64,000 nucleotides of DNA from an uncultured delta proteobacterium. Lineage in GTDB: Bacteria > Myxococcota > UBA727 > VGSZ01. Numbering within the stretch: the first letter of the stretch is position 1; each line of letters starts with the position of its first letter. Shown here one piece after another: positions 25,000-36,225 of this stretch. The stretch is from NCBI GenBank assembly GCA_963775425.1, contig CAVZJB010000005.1, forward strand, positions 544,001 through 608,000, in the 5' to 3' direction. Below the pieces are notes generated by a model. It was not told the DNA's origin. It made no database searches and saw nothing but the letters and a program-made list of their open reading frames with translations. Both the position numbers and the translations under genes were made by a program.

Positions 25000-26073
25000 T
25001 CAGCGGCGGCCGCGCAGAGCGAGCCCGCGCGCGGCGGCCGCCGCTTCCACGGGGCGCGCGATGACGACGTCGCGGCCGGCGGCGCGCCCGAGGTGGTGGG
25101 CCGCGTCGACGACGGCGCTCACCCGTGTGGCGGCGAGGCGCGGGTGCTCGCGGCGCACGAAGGCGCGCAGGTCGGCGTCGCCGAGCCACACGAGGCCCTG
25201 CTCCTGCCGCGCCTCGCTCTCCTTGCGCAGCTTGTCGGAGACGCCCGAGACGAAGCCGACGAGGAAGCGCCGCCGATCGGCGCCGCGCAGGCGCTCGTGC
25301 TCGGCGAAGGCGCGCTCGCCGGCGCCGACGAGGAACGCGTAGACCCACTCGGCCATCGCGAGGTTCTCCGCGGTGCCCGACAGCTCGACGACGAACGCTT
25401 CGCGCCCGGCGTCGGGGACGTACGCGCGCGCGATGACCACCTCCACGAAGTAGTGCCGCGCCAGAAGGCCCGCGAGCATCTTCTCGTGCGCCTGCAGGCG
25501 AAAGCGCGGCGCGCCGATGCGGCGCCGGTGATACGCGCGCGCCCCGGCCCGCTCGAGCGCGACCACGTTGTGCTCGAGCATCAAGCGCTGCGCGGCGTTG
25601 GCGGCGGCGTCCGCCTCGTGCGGGTTGTCGCTCGCGGCGAGCGCCAGCAGCTTCTGCACCCGACGCATCACGCGCGCGGCGTCGTCCCCCACGGCGCCGG
25701 TCCCGCCGTCGTCGTCGTCGACCGGCACGCCCGCGGCGCGCGCGTCGATGCCGCGCTGGCGGCACACCTCGGCGAACGCGGGGCCGTGCGCGGTCTCGTC
25801 GAGCACGCCGAGCACCTCGTCGACGTATTGGTGTGCCATCTCGTGCTTCAGCACGCCGCGCACGACGTGCCACGGCTTCTCGCGCGCGAGCGGCAGCGAG
25901 ATGGCCACCGCACGCTCGGCGCGCCGCCACTGGCCGAGGCGCCCCTGCGTGTCCTCGAGCACGAGCACGGGCGGCAGCATGCCGCCGCGAAACAGGGCCG
26001 CGTTCAGCGCGCGCCACTCGCCCTGGAGCGCCTCGAGGAGCAGGGCCTCGAGCTCGTGGGTCCATTCGGTCAC
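25000..26073 (-). CDS. SprT-like zinc metalloprotease fused to DUF2786
   Basis: LKHEMAHQYV...HGPAF; RVQKLLALAASDNPHEADAAANAAQRLM. Confidence 0.85.
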   Translation of the reverse strand: MTEWTHELEALLLEALQGEWRALNAALFRGGMLPPVLVLEDTQGRLGQWRRAERAVAISLPLAREKPWHVVRGVLKHEMAHQYVDEVLGVLDETAHGPAFAEVCRQRGIDARAAGVPVDDDDGGTGAVGDDAARVMRRVQKLLALAASDNPHEADAAANAAQRLMLEHNVVALERAGARAYHRRRIGAPRFRLQAHEKMLAGLLARHYFVEVVIARAYVPDAGREAFVVELSGTAENLAMAEWVYAFLVGAGERAFAEHERLRGADRRRFLVGFVSGVSDKLRKESEARQEQGLVWLGDADLRAFVRREHPRLAATRVSAVVDAAHHLGRAAGRDVVIARPVEAAAAARGLALRGRR

Positions 26074-26200
26074 CTCGCCGTGATGCCCGATGGAGGCCGC
26101 CGACTCAAGAGCCGCACGGAGGCCGCCGGCTCCGGTGTCTCCCGCCGGCGGCCCGGACGGATCCTTTCGGCGGCGGGGGGCGCGTTCTAGGATCGGGCGG

Positions 26201-27436
26201 ATGGCCGCGAAGCCAAAGGCGCCGTCGGTGACGCTCTCCCTCGGGGGAAACGACGTCGTCGTCTCCCACCCCGAGAAGGTCTACTTCCCACAAGCGAACG
26301 TCACCAAGCTCGAGCTGGTGCAGTACTACGTCGACGTCGCCGAGGGCGCGCTGCGCGGGATCCGCGGACGTCCCATGGTGCTCCGGCGCTTCGTGCACGG
26401 CATCGAGGGCGAGCCCTTCTTCCAAAAGCGCGCGCCGCCCAAGCTCCCGCCGTTCCTGCGCACGGCGCAATTCCGCTACGCCTCCGGCGGCGTCGCCGAC
26501 GAGATCGTGGTCGACGACGTCGCGGGCCTCGCGTGGGTGGTGAACCTCGGCTGCGTCGAGATGCACGCGCACCCGCTGCGCGCCGACGACCTCGAGCACC
26601 CCGACGAGCTGCGCGTCGATCTCGATCCGGTCCCGGGCGTCTCCTTTCGTCAGGTGCTCGACGTCGCCAAGGTGGTGCACGAGGTGCTCGACGACATGGG
26701 GCTCACCGGGTGGCCCAAGACCACGGGCTCCCGCGGCGTGCACGTGTGGGTGCGCATCCAACGGCTCTGGGGCTTCAACGACGTGCGCCGCGCGGGCCTC
26801 GCCATCGCGCGCGAGGTGGAGCGGCGCGCGCCGACCATCGCGACCTCCAGGTGGGCCAAGGAGGAGCGGCACGGCGTCCTCGTCGACTACAACCAGAACG
26901 CCAAGGACCGCACCACCGCCAGCGCATACTCCGTGCGCCCCGTGCCCGACGCGCGCGTGTCCATGCCGCTCACGTGGGAGGAGCTCGACGCGTGCGACCC
27001 CGCGGACTTCACGCTGCGCACGGTGCCCGCGCTCCTCGAAAAAAACGGCGACGCCCACGCCGCCATCGACGAGGAGGTCTTCTCGCTCGACAAGCTCCTC
27101 GAGCTGGCGGACACGCTCGATCCCCCGAAGTCGCGCGGGAAGCGCGCGCCGAAGGAGCGCTTGCCGCTCATCACGGTCGCCCAGGCCAAGCACAAGCCGG
27201 ACGTGCTCGCGGGCCTCGAGCGCTGGAAGGCGCGCTGGCCCCAGGTGTTCGCGCTGCTCGCCGCCGAGGACGTCCTCGTCGACGCCAACCGCGGTCGCTC
27301 CTCCGCGTGGTATCGCGTGCGCATCAACCTCAAGTCGGTGCCGCCGGAGCAGCGGCCGCCGCAGGAGACGCCGGATCCCGACTACGACCCGAGCGACGAC
27401 TGGGCCCGCGTCAAGGACGCCCCGCGCGCGCGCTGA
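26201..27436 (+). CDS. Stand-alone LigD-type primase-polymerase (AEP superfamily)
   Basis: SHPEKVYFP, FFQKRAP, DELRVDLDP, KTTGSRGVHV, VDYNQNAKDRTTASAYSVR. Confidence 0.9.
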   Translation: MAAKPKAPSVTLSLGGNDVVVSHPEKVYFPQANVTKLELVQYYVDVAEGALRGIRGRPMVLRRFVHGIEGEPFFQKRAPPKLPPFLRTAQFRYASGGVADEIVVDDVAGLAWVVNLGCVEMHAHPLRADDLEHPDELRVDLDPVPGVSFRQVLDVAKVVHEVLDDMGLTGWPKTTGSRGVHVWVRIQRLWGFNDVRRAGLAIAREVERRAPTIATSRWAKEERHGVLVDYNQNAKDRTTASAYSVRPVPDARVSMPLTWEELDACDPADFTLRTVPALLEKNGDAHAAIDEEVFSLDKLLELADTLDPPKSRGKRAPKERLPLITVAQAKHKPDVLAGLERWKARWPQVFALLAAEDVLVDANRGRSSAWYRVRINLKSVPPEQRPPQETPDPDYDPSDDWARVKDAPRAR

Positions 27437-27640
27437 AGGGCTGACGAGCTCGTAGCGGCACTCGGCGACGCCGCCCACAAGGTGGCTCGCCGCGCGGAGT
27501 ACGTGGCGAGGCACGTCGGCGCGCAAGAACCGCTGCAGGTTGTGGGAGACGGCGGGTCCAAGCGGTGTTGTGATCCCGCTCTCAGCGCGCGTGGCGGGCC
27601 GGGTGCGCGCCGACGTGCCTCGACAGAGCGCCGCGGACTT
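27430..27640. repeat. Structured dispersed element, copy 2, with a perfect 19-bp inverted repeat
   Basis: Shared block 27430-27506; CGAGGCACGTCGGCGCGCA (27507-27525) is the reverse complement of 27604-27622. Confidence 0.7.
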
Positions 27641-27647
27641 GATCGGG

Positions 27648-27676
27648 ATCATGGTGTGCGCCCGATGCGGGTTCAA
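27648..27676 (-). promoter_or_regulatory. Putative sigma70-type promoter reading into the structured element
   Basis: Minus strand TTGAAC-17 nt-CATGAT. Confidence 0.35.
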
Positions 27677-27705
27677 CGCGGCCCGCGCCCGGGCTATGCG
27701 CGGGC

Positions 27706-29978
<2,273 letters not shown>

Positions 29979-29982
<4 letters not shown>

Positions 29983-30704
29983 TCGCGCTCGCCCTCCTCG
30001 TCGCCGCCGCCGCCGCTCCCAACGAGTCCGACGCGCACCTGATGGTGGAGATCGTCGCCACCGCCGCCCAGCGCGACGGCGTCGAGGTCATCTCGCAAGG
30101 CGACGTCAAGCGCGCCGCCAGCCTCGACGCCGAGCGCCAGCTCGCCGGCGACTGCAGCGAGTCCTGCATGTCGGAGGTGGCCGCGGCCATGGGCGCGCGC
30201 ATGGTCCTCGACGTCACGCTCGGCACCCTCGCCGACGACGTGGTCGCCACCGTCAACCTCTACGACACCGGCGAAGCCAAGAGCCAGCGCCGCGTGGTGC
30301 GCGCCGACAGCGTGCCCGACCTCGTGCCGCTCACCGAGCAGGCGGTGAAGGAGACCGTGGCCGCCGCCACGGCCAGGAAGCCGCCGAGCGCCACGTGGAA
30401 GCTGCTCGTCCTCGACGTCAAGCTGCAGGTCCAGGACCAAGCGCCCCCGCCGGTCCTCGGCATCGCCGGCGGCGTCGCCCTCGGCGCCGGCGTCCTCGCC
30501 GCCGGCGCCGGCGCAATCCTCGACCTCGCGAGCGTCGGCGCCTCCGACGAGGCCAACGCCAAACAGACCCCCGCGGCCCTCGCCGTGCAGCGGCGCGGCG
30601 ACAGCGACGCCCTCGCCACCGGCGCCCTCGTCTCCTACGCCGCCGGCGGCGTGCTCGTCGTCGCCGGCGCCGGCCTCCTCGTGGCCCAGCTCGCCGGGGA
30701 GTGA
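29979..30704 (+). CDS. Hypothetical membrane protein
   Basis: GTGA coupling; CSESCMSEVAAAMGARMVL motif; two Gly/Ala-rich C-terminal TM helices. Confidence 0.75.
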
Positions 30705-30754
30705 CGCCGGCGCCCACGCCCGCGCGCGGCTTTCGTTGTGCGACGCTCGGCCGG

Positions 30755-32014
30755 CTACCACCGGGCGCGCGGCGGTGATGTGCCGCTCTCGAAGAGCGCG
30801 CGCGCGGCGCGAAACAGCGCGCTCGACGGCGCCGCCGCTCTACGCCAGCTCGCCGCTGGGTCCTCGCCGTGATCGGCGAGCATCTCGGCCCAGAGCGGCT
30901 CGATGAAGGCGTAGGTGACGAAGCGCTCGAGATCGTGAAAGCGGTCGAGGCCGCGCGGGGTGAGAGTGACGAGGCCACCGTCGCCGTGCGCCCAGCCGGC
31001 GGCGACGGCGCCCGACGCGAGCGCGCGGACGAGGCGCGCCGGCGTCGCACCGAACGCGTCGCGCACGGCGCCTACGTCGAGGCGCCCCGCGTACGTCCGC
31101 CAGAAGGCGGCGTACAGCGCGGCGACGGCGGGCGGCAGCGCGAACGCGCGCGCGATCGGCGCGGCGCCGGCCTCGACCCGGGCCAGGTAGGGCTCGAGGG
31201 CGAACTCGTTCACGAGGAAGGAGCGGCCGGTGAAAGACGCGCTCCCCGCGCCGAGGCCGAGGAACAGCGGGCGCGTGATGGAGCTGTACGAGGGGGCCCC
31301 GCGGCGTCCGAAGGTCCACACCGAGCGCCGCTCGTAGCCGTGGGCGGCGGCGAGCGCCTCGGCGCGCGCGAGCGCCGCGTGCTCGAGGCGCGCGGTGTGC
31401 GCAGCCTTGCCGAAGGGCGTGAAGCCGAAGCGCATCAGGGGATAGGCGGAGACCTGCTCGACACCGAACGAGAAGGCGCGCTCGACGTCGTCGAGGAACA
31501 CCTGCTCGTGTGTGGTTGCCACGTCGAAGATGAGGTCGACGTCGACGCACGCGAAGCGGCCGGCCGCGGCCTCCAGCGCGCGCAGGTTGTCCTGCGCGGT
31601 GGTCGGCCGGGCGAGCCGGCGGAGCGCGTCGTCGTCGAAGGACTGGATCCCGAGGCTGACGTGCGTGAAACCCATGCCGCGAAGGACGTCGAGGCGCTCC
31701 GGCGTCGCGTGCGTGGGGAGCACCTCGATGGCGCGCTCTCCGTCGACGCGCAGCGCGCGCAGGGCACGCTCGAGCAGCTCGAGGTGAAGCGTAGGCGTGC
31801 CGCCGCCGACGTAGAGGGACGTGAACGGCCGGCGCATCGCGGCGCCGTACGCCTCGGCCTCGCGGGTCAGCGCCGCGAAGTAGCGCGCCGCCCGCGCGTC
31901 GTCGTCGCGCACCTTGTTGTAGGGGCAGAAGGGACAGATGCGCGTGCAGAACGGCACATGCACGTAGGCGCCAAACGGTCCGGGAAACGCTGCGATGACG
32001 TCTTCTGCGAGCAC
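30755..32014 (-). CDS. HemN-like (class C) radical SAM protein
   Basis: YVHVPFCTRICPFCPY, YVGGGTPT, SLGIQSF, LGLGAGSAS. Confidence 0.9.
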   Translation of the reverse strand: MLAEDVIAAFPGPFGAYVHVPFCTRICPFCPYNKVRDDDARAARYFAALTREAEAYGAAMRRPFTSLYVGGGTPTLHLELLERALRALRVDGERAIEVLPTHATPERLDVLRGMGFTHVSLGIQSFDDDALRRLARPTTAQDNLRALEAAAGRFACVDVDLIFDVATTHEQVFLDDVERAFSFGVEQVSAYPLMRFGFTPFGKAAHTARLEHAALARAEALAAAHGYERRSVWTFGRRGAPSYSSITRPLFLGLGAGSASFTGRSFLVNEFALEPYLARVEAGAAPIARAFALPPAVAALYAAFWRTYAGRLDVGAVRDAFGATPARLVRALASGAVAAGWAHGDGGLVTLTPRGLDRFHDLERFVTYAFIEPLWAEMLADHGEDPAASWRRAAAPSSALFRAARALFESGTSPPRARW

Positions 32015-32045
32015 GACGAGAGGTGTGGCAAGCCGAGTGCCAACG

Positions 32046-32741
32046 TCAGCACCAGCTCGCCTCGTCGGCGCCGGGGTTCCGCAACAGCTCGAGCACGTTG
32101 GCCTCGATGATGGCGTAGCCGACGTTGCCGTAGAGCATCTGTCGGCGCTCGTTCAGGAGGAACGTCGGGCTGCCGCGCACCTGCTCCGCGGCCGCGTCCT
32201 CGTAGTCTCGCTGGACGGCGGCCCAGGCGCTGCCGTCCTCGAGGCGCGCGCGGACGGCGTCGGGGGCGACGCCGAGCTCCTGTGCGACGTCGAGCTGGAC
32301 GTCGAGCCGCGAGATGTCGCGTCCGTCGCGAAAGAAGGCGAGCCGTAGCCGCCAGGCGAGATCTTCGGCGCGCGGCGCCGGCGCGCTCCCCTGCTCGGCG
32401 GCGGGCATCAGCTCCACCGCCTTGATGCACGCGTGGGCCGTCGCCGACGTCGTGGGGACGGCGCGCGACCAGGTGTCCGGGTGCAGCGAGACGTGATCGA
32501 AGCGGGCGACGATCTGCTGCACGTGCTCGCGGTAGCCGGCGACGCCGCCGCGCTGGCTCCAGCCCTTGGCCATCTTGGTCTGCACGTCGGCGAACACCGA
32601 GCAGAACCGGGGGCGCACCCGGACCTTGTCGCCGAAGTGCCGGCGCAGCTCGTCGACCCGGACCTGCGCGACGTAGGCCCACGCGCACAGGACGTCGCTG
32701 TAGTGCCAGATGACGACGGGCTCGGCCGGGGGATCGCTCAT
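32046..32741 (-). CDS. DsbA/FrnE-family thioredoxin-fold protein
   Basis: SDVLCAWAYVA, VRGSPTF, GNVGY; ends ASWC. Confidence 0.85.
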   Translation of the reverse strand: MSDPPAEPVVIWHYSDVLCAWAYVAQVRVDELRRHFGDKVRVRPRFCSVFADVQTKMAKGWSQRGGVAGYREHVQQIVARFDHVSLHPDTWSRAVPTTSATAHACIKAVELMPAAEQGSAPAPRAEDLAWRLRLAFFRDGRDISRLDVQLDVAQELGVAPDAVRARLEDGSAWAAVQRDYEDAAAEQVRGSPTFLLNERRQMLYGNVGYAIIEANVLELLRNPGADEASWC

Positions 32742-32759
32742 GTCCGCGTTGATAGCCCT

Positions 32760-33590
32760 TCAGAGGTCGGCGGCGCGGAAGGTGTCGCATTGCGCGGGGT
32801 CGCCCGTCTGCAGGCCGCGGGTAAACCACTTCACGCGCTGCGCGCTGGTCCCGTGGGTGAAGGTCTCCGGCGTGACCCTGCCGCGGCCGCGGCGCTGCAG
32901 CGTGTCGTCGCCGATGGCCTGCGCGGCCTTGATCGCTTCGGCGGGGTCGCCGACGTCGAGCAGGCCTTTGCGCCTGGCGTACGCGCCCCACACCCCGGCG
33001 TAGCAGTCGGCCTGCAGCTCGAGCCGCACCGAGCCGCCCGACGCGCCTTTGGTGTGCGCGGCGCGCGACGCGCTCGTCCCCAGGAGGTTCTGCACGTGGT
33101 GCCCAATCTCGTGCGCCACGACGTACGCCTGCGCGAAGTCGCCGGGGGCGCCGAAGCGCCGCTTGAGCTCGGCGAAGAACGTGAGGTCGAGGTAGGCCCG
33201 CTGATCACGGGCACAGTAGAAGGGCCCGACGGACGCGCCGGCGACGCCGCAGGCGCTGTGCACCTTGTCGGTGAAGAGCACGAGCTGCGGCCGCCGGTAG
33301 CTCTTGCGCATCCGCTTGAACTGTTCGTTCCAGGCGTCCTCCGTCGTCGACAGCACCTTGGAGACGAAGCGCTTGGCCTCCTCCTCCTGCGGCGTGTTGG
33401 CCCGCGCGGCTGCCGCCACGCGCGGCTGCGCGGCCTGCAGATCGTGGGCGACCTTGCTCGGGCTCTTGCCCGTGAGGAACGAGATGAGGAGCACGACGAG
33501 GAGGCCGCCGCCTCCGAGGGCGACCTTGCCGGTGTGCCTGCCCCGCCGATCGATGACGTTTTCGCTCTCACGAACGCCGCCGAGCTTCAC
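32760..33590 (-). CDS. YpfJ-like neutral zinc metallopeptidase
   Basis: GPFYC, AHEIGHHVQN, ELQADCYAG, FTHGTSAQR. Confidence 0.92.
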   Translation of the reverse strand: MKLGGVRESENVIDRRGRHTGKVALGGGGLLVVLLISFLTGKSPSKVAHDLQAAQPRVAAAARANTPQEEEAKRFVSKVLSTTEDAWNEQFKRMRKSYRRPQLVLFTDKVHSACGVAGASVGPFYCARDQRAYLDLTFFAELKRRFGAPGDFAQAYVVAHEIGHHVQNLLGTSASRAAHTKGASGGSVRLELQADCYAGVWGAYARRKGLLDVGDPAEAIKAAQAIGDDTLQRRGRGRVTPETFTHGTSAQRVKWFTRGLQTGDPAQCDTFRAADL

Positions 33591-33591
33591 C

Positions 33592-34353
33592 TCACAGCTC
33601 CTTGGTCTCGCCGGGCTTCATCTCGAGGACCTTGCCGCGGCCGAATTGCTTCTTCATCGCCGCGCTGAGCTCCGCCGGCGTGCCGGCGAGCGCGGGGAAG
33701 GTGCCGAAGTGCATGGGGATGACGGTCTTTGCGTTGACGAGCTTTGCGGCGAGCGCGGCGCCCTCGGGGTCCATGGTGTAGTGGCCGCCGATGGGCAACA
33801 TGGCGACGGTGGGCTTGTAGCGCTTGGCGATGAGCTGCATGTCGCCGAACACGTCGGTGTCACCGGCGTGATAGATGGTGGGGCCGCCCTTGATCTCGAT
33901 GACGTAGCCCATGGGATTTCCGCCGTAGACGAGCGGGCCCTTGCCGTCGCCGACGCCGCTCGAGTGCACGGCCTCGACGAGGTGGACCTTGACGTCGTCC
34001 TTCACGGGGATGGTGCCGCCCATGTTGGCGCCGTTGCCGTTCTTGAGCCCGAGGGCCGCGATGAGCTCGAAGGCGCCGATGACGGGGGCGCCGGTCTTCT
34101 CCGAGAGCTGCTTGGCGTCACCGACGTGATCGAAGTGGCCGTGGGTGATGAGGATGGCGTCGAGCTTCTCGGGCCACTTCATGTCCTTCGGGGCCTTGGG
34201 GTTCGACAGCCAGGGGTCGACGGCGATGGTGGTGCCCGCGGGGGTCTTGATGACGAACGCGGCGTGACCCCACCAGGTGACCTCGGTCTTTGCGCCCGCG
34301 GCGAGCGAGGCGGACGAAGCGAGCAGCGCACAGGCGACGACGAGCGAGCGCAT
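33592..34353 (-). CDS. Exported metallo-beta-lactamase-fold hydrolase (UPF0173-like)
   Basis: Signal peptide; GHAAF, THGHFDHVGD, HSS, YHAGDT, PMHFGTF. Confidence 0.9.
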   Translation of the reverse strand: MRSLVVACALLASSASLAAGAKTEVTWWGHAAFVIKTPAGTTIAVDPWLSNPKAPKDMKWPEKLDAILITHGHFDHVGDAKQLSEKTGAPVIGAFELIAALGLKNGNGANMGGTIPVKDDVKVHLVEAVHSSGVGDGKGPLVYGGNPMGYVIEIKGGPTIYHAGDTDVFGDMQLIAKRYKPTVAMLPIGGHYTMDPEGAALAAKLVNAKTVIPMHFGTFPALAGTPAELSAAMKKQFGRGKVLEMKPGETKEL

Positions 34354-34396
34354 AGGAACCTCCCGCCCCGCGCAGGTTGCGAAGCGTGTCGGCGTT

Positions 34397-35380
34397 CTAC
34401 GGCGCGGGCGCGGGCCGAAGCAAGCCGGCGATGACATCGCCGCCGGCGTAGGCGTCGTCGACGAGGATCATGTTGGGGAACCGCGCGGCGCCGACGTCGG
34501 AGTGCGCCACCTCGCGAATGACCACGGCGACGACGCGCTCGGGGTGACGACGGCGGATCTCGGCGTAGACCTCGGGATCCTTTTCACCGCTGTCGCCGAC
34601 GAGGATCACGCGCATGGCCGGCAGCGCGGCGAGCAGGCCCTCGATGCGCTCGATCTTGTAGTGAAGCTGATCGAAGAGCGGGTCCTCGCCGATGTTCTTG
34701 AGGAGCAGCGGCCCGAGGGGGAAGCCGTGCCCCTTCAAGAACGTGTGGATGCGGTCGTGGAAGTTCTGGGGGCTCCCGCTCACGTACAGGAAGAGCTTCA
34801 CGCCGGCGGCAGCGGCGGCGGCGTAGTTGTCGGCGGCGCCGCCGACGGGCTCACTCTGCGCGCCGTTTTTCAAGAACACCGCGCCGAGCATGCGCTTCTT
34901 GTCGGTGACGTACGTCTTCACCACGGTGTCGTCGACGTCGGAGACGAGGCCGACGAAGGGGCCGTCGACGATGGTGACGACGCCGTCGCCGCCGGCGAGG
35001 GCGCGCGCCGGCGTCCCCTTCGAGGCGCGCACGTGCACCGGCAAGGCGCCGGCCGGCATGCGCTCCTTGCCCGCGAGGCCGGCGGCGGTGACGCGAAAGA
35101 CGCCGTCGCCGTCGGTGACGGCGTGGAAGCTGCGGCCGGCGACGTCGACGGTGACGTCGGCGCCACGGACCTCGTCGCTGTCGAGCGCCTCGAGCGTGCC
35201 GACGACGTTCGCGAGCCCCGAGGCGGTTCGGGACGCGTGCCGCTCGCCGTGCTCTTCCAGGACGCGGCCGCCGACGGTGAACGACCCCGGGGTGCCGTAG
35301 CCGTCGTACACGACGACGACGACGTGCTCTTCGGCCGCCGCGGGGGCGGACAACAGCGCGACGAGGGCGAGCGCGCGCAT
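34397..35380 (-). CDS. App1/DUF2183-family phosphatidate phosphatase-like exported protein
   Basis: Signal peptide; VSDVDDTV, YVSGSP, FPLGPLLLK, LVGDSGEKDPEVY. Confidence 0.85.
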   Translation of the reverse strand: MRALALVALLSAPAAAEEHVVVVVYDGYGTPGSFTVGGRVLEEHGERHASRTASGLANVVGTLEALDSDEVRGADVTVDVAGRSFHAVTDGDGVFRVTAAGLAGKERMPAGALPVHVRASKGTPARALAGGDGVVTIVDGPFVGLVSDVDDTVVKTYVTDKKRMLGAVFLKNGAQSEPVGGAADNYAAAAAAGVKLFLYVSGSPQNFHDRIHTFLKGHGFPLGPLLLKNIGEDPLFDQLHYKIERIEGLLAALPAMRVILVGDSGEKDPEVYAEIRRRHPERVVAVVIREVAHSDVGAARFPNMILVDDAYAGGDVIAGLLRPAPAP

Positions 35381-36225
35381 CAGAAGGGGACGGACACGCG
35401 CAGGATGCCGGTGGCGAGGTTCCGCTCGGAGCCCGCGAGCGGGATCACCGCGCCGGCCTCGATGCCGACGGTGTCGGCGACGGCGAAGCGCGCACCCGCG
35501 CCGACGGAGACATGGTCGAGGTCGCCGCGCTCGAGCGCCTGGGCGTCGAGGTCGGCGACGAACGCGAGCCAGTCCGTGACGACGAGGTCGATGCCGGCGT
35601 TGGCGATGACGGCGGCGCGCGTGTTGGGATCGGCCTTGGTGATCGCGAGCTTGGTGCCGCCGAGCAGGCCGCCGTGCAGGCGCACGTCGCGGATGGGCTC
35701 GATGAGGGCGAGGACGCCCGCCTCGAGCCCCACGGGGAACGCGTTTTTGTAGTAGCCGAACGCCGTGGGCAGGTCGGCGCGCGCGAGCACCGACAGCGCG
35801 AAGCTGTCGTGGGCGAACGCGAGGAGCTTCATGCCCGCGGACGTGTCACCGAGCCCGATGTTGTCCGCTTTGAACGACTGGATCACGAGCTGGTACGAGA
35901 GCAGCTCGCTGCTCGCGAACAGCTCGAGCTGCGGAAAGGGCTGCACCTCGACGTCGACGCGGCCGGCCGCGCGGATGTTGCCGTAGAAGTTCTCGTTTTC
36001 GACGATGGCGCGCCCGTCGACGCCGACGCCGACCTCGGTGCGCGGACACGCGCCGCGCACCACGCCGAAGTCCGCCTCGTCGAAGCCGGCGGGCACCGGG
36101 CCCTCGGGCAACAGCCGGGCGTCGCACGGAGATCGCGCGGCCGCGGGCGCCGCAGCAGCAAAGAGCGCGCACGCGAGCGCGGCGCCGGCGCGGGCCGCCC
36201 CTTCGAAGCCTGTGGTGCGTCTCAT
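35380..36225 (-). CDS. Putative outer-membrane beta-barrel (MetA-pathway/transporter-like)
   Basis: Signal peptide, GLGDTSAGMK, DLPTA, alternating beta strands, C-terminal Phe. Confidence 0.65.
   Translation of the reverse strand: MRRTTGFEGAARAGAALACALFAAAAPAAARSPCDARLLPEGPVPAGFDEADFGVVRGACPRTEVGVGVDGRAIVENENFYGNIRAAGRVDVEVQPFPQLELFASSELLSYQLVIQSFKADNIGLGDTSAGMKLLAFAHDSFALSVLARADLPTAFGYYKNAFPVGLEAGVLALIEPIRDVRLHGGLLGGTKLAITKADPNTRAAVIANAGIDLVVTDWLAFVADLDAQALERGDLDHVSVGAGARFAVADTVGIEAGAVIPLAGSERNLATGILRVSVPF

Noticed and set aside
26201-27436. Complete NHEJ locus
   Set aside because: Polymerase domain only; no Ku, ligase or phosphoesterase domain in the window
24746-27506. attL/attR of an integrative element
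   Set aside because: No integrase or tRNA, no obvious compositional shift, and the repeats have diverged; kept only as a repeat-bounded cassette hypothesis
27450-27640. 6S RNA, SRP RNA or retron msr-msd
   Set aside because: No SRP GGAA/GCAGC motif, no symmetric 6S bubble, and no reverse transcriptase in the window
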